A stretch of 11,660 bases of DNA from an uncultured Myxococcales bacterium (GTDB lineage Bacteria > Myxococcota > UBA4151), in NCBI GenBank assembly GCA_964013405.1, contig CAXGWI010000110.1, positions 1-11,660 of the forward strand, given 5' to 3'. Below are positions 1 to 5,954 of this stretch, piece after piece (positions within the stretch are counted from its first letter, which is position 1; the number at the start of each line of letters is the position of its first letter). The translations under genes were made by a program, and so were the position numbers. A model generated the notes under the pieces. It made no database searches and was not told the DNA's origin. It was given only the letters and a program-made list of their open reading frames with translations.

Positions 1-1526
1 ATGTCCATCTGGATGGCGGTGATGCCGTCCCGAGTACCGCAGATCTTAAAGTCCATGTCACCGAGATGATCCTCGTCACCGAGAATATCAGACAGGATGG
101 CGTAATCGTCGCCTTCCTTAATCATGCCCATGGCAATACCGGCCACGGGCTTGGCCATCGGCACACCGGCAGCCATCATGGCCATGGAACCACCACAGAC
201 GCTGGCCATGGAGGAGGAGCCGTTGGACTCGGTGATCTCACTGACCACGCGGACGACGTAGGGAAATTCTTCCTGGCTGGGAACCAAGGGTGCAAGGGCC
301 CGACGGGCCAAGGCACCGTGGCCATGCTGACGACGGTTCGGACCAATCCGACCGGTCTCACCCACACAGAAGGGGGGGAAGTTGTAGTGCAACATGAAGG
401 TTCGATCCTCCATGCCATTCAGGGATTCAACCCGCTGAGCATCCCGGCCCGTGCCGAGGGTCACCGCCACCAGGGCTTGGGTCTCGCCGCGCTGGAACAT
501 GCTCGAACCATGGGTGCGGCCCAGCACGTCGACCTCGGTGTCGATGGCACGGATCTCGTCATAGGCACGCCCACCGATCCGCTTCTTCGTCTCAAGGACG
601 GAGCCACGCATCATGTGGTGCTTCACCTCGCCGAAGCAGGTGCTCACCTCATCGCTGCGGGCTGCCAAGGCTTCATCGGCAAACAACTCGTCCTTCACCG
701 CCTTCTTCACCACAGCAATCTGGGCGTAGCGGTCCAACTTCACAGGCACTTGCAGCGCGTCTGCTAGACCATGGTTCATGGCCGTCTTCTCGACCAATGC
801 GAGAAGATCTTGGTCCAAATCCTTGTCCACAAATTCAATCTTGGCGGATCCTACTTCAGCGGCCATCTCTCGAATGGCCGTGATCATCGGCTGGGCTGCG
901 TCGAAAGCCAAGTACAGGGCTTCGATCACATCCGCTTCGGCGGCTTCGTTGGCACCGCCTTCGACCATCACGATGGCCGAATCGGAACAGCCGACCATCA
1001 TGTCGATGTCGGCAATACCGCGTTGGGTAAACGTGGGGTTGATGACGTACTCGCCATTCACCCGGGCCACGCGCACGCCAGCCACAGGGCTCTCGTCACC
1101 CCAGGGGATATCGGAGATGGCAAGAGCTGCAGAGGCAGCGGTCAGAGATGCAGCGTCGGCCTCGTACTCACCATCGTAGCCGATGACCGTCGAGATCACC
1201 TGAACCTCGTAACGCCAGTCTTTGGGGAACAGCGGCCGGCAGGTGCGGTCGATGATCCGGGCGATGAGAATCTCATCGGGGCGAGGGCGCGCTTCACGGC
1301 GGAAGTAACCCCCGGGGATCTTACCAGCAGCGTACTGCTTCTCTTGGTACTCAACGCTCAGCGGAAGGAAGTCCCGATCGATGGGCTTGCCACTTCGAGC
1401 TGCGGTCACCAGGAACTGGGACTCACCATTGCTGGCCATAATGGAATAGGCCTGCTTGGCAATTTTGCCGGTCTCTAGGACCAACGTGGAGTTCCCGTAG
1501 GGAATCTCCTTACGACAGATGGACAT
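1..1526 (-). CDS. pnp: Polyribonucleotide nucleotidyltransferase (PNPase), 3'-truncated by the window edge (first ~508 codons)
   Basis: Manual translation of the minus strand from ATG at 1526: MSICRKEIPYGNSTLVLETGKIAKQA...DFLPLSVEYQEKQYAAGKIPGGYFRREARP...RIIDRTCRPLFPK...HYNFPPF...ESNGSSSMAS...VAGIAMG...GDEDHLGDMDFKICGTRDGITAIQMD. The catalytic Asp residues fall at codons 486 and 492, as in E. coli. SD-like AAGGGG lies 6 nt upstream, and the gene sits downstream of rpsO as usual. Confidence 0.98.
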   Translation of the reverse strand, partial: MSICRKEIPYGNSTLVLETGKIAKQAYSIMASNGESQFLVTAARSGKPIDRDFLPLSVEYQEKQYAAGKIPGGYFRREARPRPDEILIARIIDRTCRPLFPKDWRYEVQVISTVIGYDGEYEADAASLTAASAALAISDIPWGDESPVAGVRVARVNGEYVINPTFTQRGIADIDMMVGCSDSAIVMVEGGANEAAEADVIEALYLAFDAAQPMITAIREMAAEVGSAKIEFVDKDLDQDLLALVEKTAMNHGLADALQVPVKLDRYAQIAVVKKAVKDELFADEALAARSDEVSTCFGEVKHHMMRGSVLETKKRIGGRAYDEIRAIDTEVDVLGRTHGSSMFQRGETQALVAVTLGTGRDAQRVESLNGMEDRTFMLHYNFPPFCVGETGRIGPNRRQHGHGALARRALAPLVPSQEEFPYVVRVVSEITESNGSSSMASVCGGSMAMMAAGVPMAKPVAGIAMGMIKEGDDYAILSDILGDEDHLGDMDFKICGTRDGITAIQMD

Positions 1527-1532
1527 AATCGT

Positions 1533-1679
1533 CCCCTTCTGACCCTGAATCAGGGTCTATGTAAGGGGTGTGCACCTGCGGGGAGAGCGAAAAGAATGTT
1601 GGACGGGTCGCAGCCTGACGGCCCACACAACATCCTTCTCATCCCGGTCAGGTGGACACCCATAGGCCCCCGCAGGGGC
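1533..1679 (-). promoter_or_regulatory. Structured pnp 5' leader: long imperfect stem (1566-1661) plus SD-occluding hairpin (1533-1568)
   Basis: Complementary arms read directly from the sequence: gggtgt-g-cacctg (1566-1578) / caggtg-g-acaccc (1649-1661); cggg/cccg; atgttg (1596-1601) / caacat (1628-1633); gaccctg-aat-cagggtc (1541-1557) flanked by cccctt (1533-1538) / aagggg (1563-1568). The position matches the RNase III-processed pnp leader known in E. coli. Confidence 0.6.
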
Positions 1680-1711
1680 GAAAGAGCAGCTTTCAAACCC
1701 TGAAAGCTGCT
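1679..1711 (-). terminator. Hairpin downstream of rpsO; weak intrinsic terminator/attenuator or stabilising stem
   Basis: Perfect 11-bp stem agcagctttca (1685-1695) / tgaaagctgct (1701-1711) with a 5-nt loop, 12 nt after the rpsO stop. It is followed on the minus strand only by CUUUCG, a short U-tract compatible with read-through into pnp. Confidence 0.6.
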
Positions 1712-1723
1712 GATGTCTTGGGC

Positions 1724-1993
1724 TTAGCGCCGGATGCCGAGATCGGCGATCAGGGACTTGTAGCCCTCCAAGTTCGTCTTCTTCAGGTAGTCGAGGAGAC
1801 GACGGCGCTTGGACACGATCCGCAGCAGGCCTCGCCGGCTGTGATGGTCCTTGTGATTCTTCTGAAAGTGGGGCTGCAGATCGAGGATGCGAGCCGTCAT
1901 CAGCGCGATCTGCGCTTCTGGGCTGCCCGTGTCACCGGGGTGACGTTGGTACTTCTCGAGGATCGCCTCACGTTGAACCTTGGTAATCGCCAT
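1724..1993 (-). CDS. rpsO: 30S ribosomal protein S15 (89 aa)
   Basis: [36 protein letters not shown]...[24 protein letters not shown]...LGIRR carries the S15 signatures DTGSPE and DHHSRRGL. Start reassigned to ATG 1993 (SD AGGAG at 2002-2006), giving the canonical 89 aa. Confidence 0.98.
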   Translation of the reverse strand: MAITKVQREAILEKYQRHPGDTGSPEAQIALMTARILDLQPHFQKNHKDHHSRRGLLRIVSKRRRLLDYLKKTNLEGYKSLIADLGIRR

Positions 1994-2008
1994 TTTTCTT
2001 ACTCCTAG

Positions 2009-2041
2009 CCATGCCATCTTGGCGCCCCGACCGCGGCATGG
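2009..2041 (-). promoter_or_regulatory. Hairpin in the rpsO 5' UTR abutting the SD; candidate S15 autoregulatory leader
   Basis: mRNA CCAUGCCG ... UGGCAUGG forms 7 Watson-Crick pairs plus one G.U, ending 2 nt before AGGAG. Confidence 0.4.
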
Positions 2042-2059
2042 TGCAGCCGAGGGCGGTGC

Positions 2060-2088
2060 CCTCTACGGGACTCCGTCGGACTCAGCAA
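2060..2088 (-). promoter_or_regulatory. Candidate sigma70 promoter for rpsO-pnp
   Basis: Minus strand TTGCTG (2088-2083) - 17 nt - TAGAGG (2065-2060), followed by a GC-rich discriminator-like stretch. The match to consensus is imperfect. Confidence 0.35.
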
Positions 2089-2090
2089 CG

Positions 2091-2112
2091 AAAAACAGCC
2101 ATCGGGCGGCCG
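2091..2112 (-). terminator. Possible weak intrinsic terminator downstream of the Cys-rich lipoprotein gene
   Basis: Minus strand CGGCCG-CCCGA-UGGCUG (6 bp including two G.U) followed by UUUUUCG. Confidence 0.3.
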
Positions 2113-2220
2113 AGGACTCCCCTCCGGTTTCGGGACGGACCACACCGTCTTCCTCTAGGCCCGCGAAGACGAGAGCCTTTGGTGTGCGGCGAACCGCCGC
2201 TCGACTCGAGCCCCCTGCGA

Positions 2221-4713
2221 TCAGGGCGCGTGATAGATCACATCAAAGCCGGTGATCCTCGGATCGAGTTGTGCGTTGTTGTTCCGGGTCAAGACCAGTT
2301 GGGTCTTAAAGTCAGTGATGTTCTGGTAGCGGTTGCCTTCCAGTGGAATCACGGTGGTCCCGTTGGTGATGGGCAGCCCATCGAACCAATTGTTGCCCCC
2401 ATTACTAAAGCTCGTCGACGTCGTGACACCGTCGACGATGCCGGTTGCATGGACGCGCACGCCGGCCATATCGACCGACTCAACACCGACCGGGAGGTCG
2501 ATCAACAGATTCTTCGTTCGCAGGCTGCCACTTGCCGATGGGGCCGGATTGGGCCCAGCTCGCAGCGCCAGTGCCTCGACACCACGGATCGCGCGGCGGT
2601 GACTTCCCACCATCACAGGCCGGTCCCAGAAACCATCGTTCACCGCGATGCCAGGCTGGCAAACCATGGCCCCGTCCATCCACAAGGCCGGCCGGTTTTG
2701 GGTATCGAAACGAATCTCCATGAAGTGCCAGCGGACAGCTTCGAAGTTGTCCCCCCAAATCCCACTAAGTTCATCGGTGACATCACAAGCGGCCTGGCCG
2801 TTCACGATAAACTGCAGTTCATGGCTATTGTTGAAAGCATTATGACGAACGTAGAGCCCCGTATGTAGGCTTGGCCAGCAACTGTTTACCAACTGTCCGA
2901 AGCCGGCGTAAGCATACTCATTGTTGCTTCGTCCAGTCTCTAGGTTCATCTCCAACTGGAAGGGTGTGTTCTGGTTCCGCTGCTGGGCGAGCGTATTCAC
3001 ATTCCACCAAATTTGGTTGGTGCAACTGCCGGCTCCCTGAAGTCGCCAGCTTTCCCCTTCGCCCCGTTCGTCCACATCCTCTAGTCGGGGCTGATTCAGA
3101 TTGCTGTACCACTGGGGTGTAGGGTTGTCCTGACCCGAGTTCCAGATGGGAAAGACCGTATTGATGGACATCCCCTCAGCCTGGGTAATGCGTATGGCCG
3201 AGCGATAGCCAAAGCGATCGGGGTCCGTCATGTCGTAGCTCAGCGTCACGAGATTCTCGACCGCGCACTGTGCTGAGCAGCCATCAAGGGCCTCATCATT
3301 GCCGTCGTCGCAGGCCTCACCCTCAGCATCATCCAAAGTACCGTCGCCACAGTAATGGGTTTCTCCTGCGGCTTGCGCGCATTCCGGTGTGCACACTTCG
3401 CAACTCTGCTGCCCGTAGTCGCAGTCCCGACGATTGTTATCGCCCTCATCGCAGGCCTCGCCGTCGTCCCCCTGCACAACCCCATCACCACAATAGGTGA
3501 CCGTCCCGTCGACCTGCTGACATTCGGGGCTGCACACAACACAGGCCTGCTGACCATAAGCACAAGCCTCCGTATTGGCCTCACCGTCATCGCAGGCCTC
3601 GCCGTCATCAGCCTGGAGTGCTCCGTCACCACAGTAGGTCGTTGTTCCGGCCACCAGGGCGCAAGTCAGGTTGCAGACTTCACAGGATTCCAAGCCGTAG
3701 GTGCAGGCTTCGGTGTTGTCGTCGCCCTCATCACAGGCCTCGCCAGCCGGCTCATTCAAGACACCATCGCCACATTGAGGCAGGCTGCAGTCACCGTCGC
3801 AGGTCTCGCTGACATCCCCGGTATCGCAAGCCTCATAGCCCGCAGCGCCGGCTCCTAGATCGCTCCTCGTGATCCCGTCACCACAGACGGCCAGGCTACA
3901 CGCGTTCGTGCAGGCATCCCGATCCTCGATGTTGCCGTCATCACAGGGCTCGACCCCATCCTGAACATGGCCATCGCCGCAGGCCGCCTGGGCACAGGTC
4001 GTTGTGCAGGCATCGGTTTCTACCACGTTGCCGTCATCGCAGGCCTCGAAGTCTGGATCCCCGGCCGGCAGGTCAACCCGCACAAAACCATCACCGCAAC
4101 CCGCGAGCGCGCAGTTGTCGAGGCATGAATCCGTATTGTCCGTATTGCCATCATCACAGGCTTCGAAGCCTTCCGCGCCCGCCGCGAGGTCGGTGCGGAT
4201 GAGCCCATCACCGCAGGCCGCCGCTGTACAGTCATTTCGGCAGGCATCTGTCTCGACTGAATTGCCATCGTCGCAGGCTTCTCCGTCGTCGGCGACCCCA
4301 TCACCACATCCAGCGAGTCGGCAGTCGCTTCGACAGGCTCCGTCAGGGGCGTCGGTGTTCCCATCTCCCTGATCACACTCCTCGTAATCTAGATCACCCT
4401 CGGCGAGATCGGTACGGCGCACGCCATCACCGCACGAAGCCAAACTGCAATCCAAGCGGCAGGCGTCATTGTCGGCTTCGTTGCCATCGTCACAACCTTC
4501 AACACCGACATGGACGAAGCCATCGCCACAACTGGCGAGCTTACAGTCTTCGGTACATTCATCCCGGTTGGAGGTGTTACCATCATCGCAGGCTTCCCCG
4601 ACACCGACGATGCCGTCACCGCAGACCACTGGGTCTTCACCTTCCGGTAGGTCCATGGCGGTACAGCCGACCCACCCCAAACAAAGACAGAGTCCAATCG
4701 TTCTCAATGCCAT
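2221..4713 (-). CDS. Predicted lipoprotein with 12 myxococcal-type cysteine-rich (CGDG...EACDDGN; DUF4215-like) repeats and a C-terminal beta-rich region, possibly ConA/LamG-like (~830 aa)
   Basis: Within ORF 2221..4830. The likely start is ATG 4713 (GGAGG at 4724-4728), giving signal peptide MALRTIGLCLCLGWVGC with a lipobox-like WVGC. There are 12 CGDG motifs. The C-terminal third contains WHFMEIRFD...ALWMDG, reminiscent of ConA-like lectin strands. Confidence 0.85.
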   Translation of the reverse strand: MALRTIGLCLCLGWVGCTAMDLPEGEDPVVCGDGIVGVGEACDDGNTSNRDECTEDCKLASCGDGFVHVGVEGCDDGNEADNDACRLDCSLASCGDGVRRTDLAEGDLDYEECDQGDGNTDAPDGACRSDCRLAGCGDGVADDGEACDDGNSVETDACRNDCTAAACGDGLIRTDLAAGAEGFEACDDGNTDNTDSCLDNCALAGCGDGFVRVDLPAGDPDFEACDDGNVVETDACTTTCAQAACGDGHVQDGVEPCDDGNIEDRDACTNACSLAVCGDGITRSDLGAGAAGYEACDTGDVSETCDGDCSLPQCGDGVLNEPAGEACDEGDDNTEACTYGLESCEVCNLTCALVAGTTTYCGDGALQADDGEACDDGEANTEACAYGQQACVVCSPECQQVDGTVTYCGDGVVQGDDGEACDEGDNNRRDCDYGQQSCEVCTPECAQAAGETHYCGDGTLDDAEGEACDDGNDEALDGCSAQCAVENLVTLSYDMTDPDRFGYRSAIRITQAEGMSINTVFPIWNSGQDNPTPQWYSNLNQPRLEDVDERGEGESWRLQGAGSCTNQIWWNVNTLAQQRNQNTPFQLEMNLETGRSNNEYAYAGFGQLVNSCWPSLHTGLYVRHNAFNNSHELQFIVNGQAACDVTDELSGIWGDNFEAVRWHFMEIRFDTQNRPALWMDGAMVCQPGIAVNDGFWDRPVMVGSHRRAIRGVEALALRAGPNPAPSASGSLRTKNLLIDLPVGVESVDMAGVRVHATGIVDGVTTSTSFSNGGNNWFDGLPITNGTTVIPLEGNRYQNITDFKTQLVLTRNNNAQLDPRITGFDVIYHAP
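3256..4623 (-). repeat. Intragenic tandem array of 12 degenerate Cys/Asp-rich repeats (31-47 aa)
   Basis: CGDG occurs at ORF residues 70, 101, 133, 175, 206, 245, 284, 316, 353, 400, 447 and 494. At DNA level tcgcaggc/tcacaggc and ccatcaccgca-like words recur. Confidence 0.9.
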
Positions 4714-4824
4714 CAAATCACGACCTCCACCCCTCAGCGTAAGAGGCGAGCAGGAATTGAACAAGGGACCTGGCCGACGATATTGCTCAGCTGGTCCAGC
4801 CCTCGGGCTGGTCGCCCCTGAAGC

Positions 4825-4840
4825 CGGCACGGAAAACGCA
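4825..4840 (+). promoter_or_regulatory. Candidate sigma54 (-24/-12) promoter for the lipoprotein gene at 4885
   Basis: CGGCACGGAAAACGCA has GG (4826-4827) - N10 - GC (4838-4839) with GGCACG matching the consensus TGGCACG-N4-TTGC. It lies 44 nt upstream of the ATG. Confidence 0.5.
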
Positions 4841-4884
4841 ACACACTACCCAACTCGCCGATCAATCGTCTAAGGAGGGCTGAC

Positions 4885-5937
4885 ATGCGATCGGCGGCAC
4901 TTATTCTTGGCTTCATCATAAGCGCCTGTGGCAGCGATGATCCCATCAATATCGTAGCGACCGACGCGGGAACTGCCCGGGATCACCAGCGCCCGAATGG
5001 CAACGTGGATGCTGGCCCAGACGACCGGCCGAGCCGGCGAGATGTCGGCCTAACCATTCCCGACGGCGGCTTTGGCGATGAGATCGACGCGGGGAACGAC
5101 AGCCTAGACGGCGGTGTCTTCCCGGTCGACGAGGACGCCGGGGCCGAGCCCGCTGGCGACGCGGGGATTCGGCCGGGGCAGGATGCAGGTCAGGGAGGAG
5201 AAGCGAATGACCCGGAGCGGAGAAGCCGACGACTTCAACAACGCCAGTTCATCTGTGACGGTGAGCGCCTGTCGACGGCGACATTCACTTGGACCGATCG
5301 CCGCCTGACAGGGATTCAACTCGATGAAATGGGCTTCCCGGTCTTCAATTGGCGGATCGAGCATGAAGCGGGGCGCCCGACCCGGGCCCGAAGCAACGTC
5401 GAAGGGTGGAACCTGGAGGCTCGTTGGACGTATGCTGGTGAGCAACTCATCTCAGCCTTCATGGGTGAGCCCGAAGACTCCATCGAATGGCGCTTCGAAT
5501 ACGATGGCTCAGAACGTCCGGTCGTCATGACCCTCACCGAAGACTTCGACGGTCAACGCAGTGAACAGCGGGCGGAGGCCAGTTGGGGTGTCGATGGGCC
5601 TGAGGACTTCTTCGGCACGACCCTGAGCTACGCCGACGGTCGCCCGAGCGAGGTGAATGACCTGCTGCCAGTCCTGTATGACAACGATATCTTTCGGGGC
5701 GTTGGCGCCGGCACATTCGCCCTCCGCTATGGTCCTGATGGGGCGCTGTCTGAATTGGATCTTCTCGACGGCTGTCTCTACCGCTTTACCTGGGCTCCGG
5801 GCGAGCCTGAACACTATCGAGGCAGCTTGGGCCTAGGCGACTTTGCCATGCTCTACGATGTGGAAGGTCGCTACGCCGGGGACTTCGATCCGGCCCGCGA
5901 ACTCTACCTCGTGATCCTGCTGCTCCTGGGGGAGTAG
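4885..5937 (+). CDS. Hypothetical lipoprotein (350 aa): acidic DAG-repeat linker followed by YD-like beta-hairpin domain
   Basis: Strong SD AAGGAGG. Signal peptide MRSAALILGFIISAC with lipobox Cys15. Eight D[A/G]G motifs in residues 27-102, then repeated [FWY]-x-[YW]-x-x-x-R/L hairpins (FTWTDRRL, WTYAGEQL, FEYDGSERP, LSYADGRP, LRYGPDGAL). Confidence 0.8.
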   Translation: MRSAALILGFIISACGSDDPINIVATDAGTARDHQRPNGNVDAGPDDRPSRRDVGLTIPDGGFGDEIDAGNDSLDGGVFPVDEDAGAEPAGDAGIRPGQDAGQGGEANDPERRSRRLQQRQFICDGERLSTATFTWTDRRLTGIQLDEMGFPVFNWRIEHEAGRPTRARSNVEGWNLEARWTYAGEQLISAFMGEPEDSIEWRFEYDGSERPVVMTLTEDFDGQRSEQRAEASWGVDGPEDFFGTTLSYADGRPSEVNDLLPVLYDNDIFRGVGAGTFALRYGPDGALSELDLLDGCLYRFTWAPGEPEHYRGSLGLGDFAMLYDVEGRYAGDFDPARELYLVILLLLGE

Positions 5938-5954
5938 GTCCTCTAGAAAAGGGA

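Noticed and set aside
66..1478. Plus-strand ORFs 66..767, 771..1478 and 778..1179
   Set aside because: Antisense shadows of pnp, which occupies the minus strand with all expected motifs. The His-rich translations are a codon-mirror artefact.
1994..2017. Longer rpsO start at 2017 given by the ORF track
   Set aside because: ATG 1993 has the SD and gives the canonical 89 aa. The extension lies in the leader hairpin.
1652..2868. Plus-strand ORFs 1652..2008, 1980..2255 and 2011..2868
   Set aside because: Antisense to rpsO and the Cys-rich gene, with no recognisable motifs.
3256..4623. Repeated DNA words as a possible CRISPR array or DGR-type repeat
   Set aside because: The repeats are degenerate, in-frame and explained by protein repeats. 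No identical direct repeats with unique spacers, no cas genes and no reverse transcriptase are present.
4771..4787. TGGCCGACGATATTGCT as a second sigma54 promoter
   Set aside because: GG-to-GC spacing is 11 nt rather than the required 10.
4714..4830. 39-aa N-terminal extension of the 869-aa ORF
   Set aside because: It would bury the signal peptide and overlap the divergent promoter region. The GGAGG SD supports a start at 4713 (or TTG 4716).
5938..5954. Bidirectional terminator between the convergent lipoprotein gene and accA
   Set aside because: The gap is only 17 nt, with at most a weak imperfect stem; not supportable.
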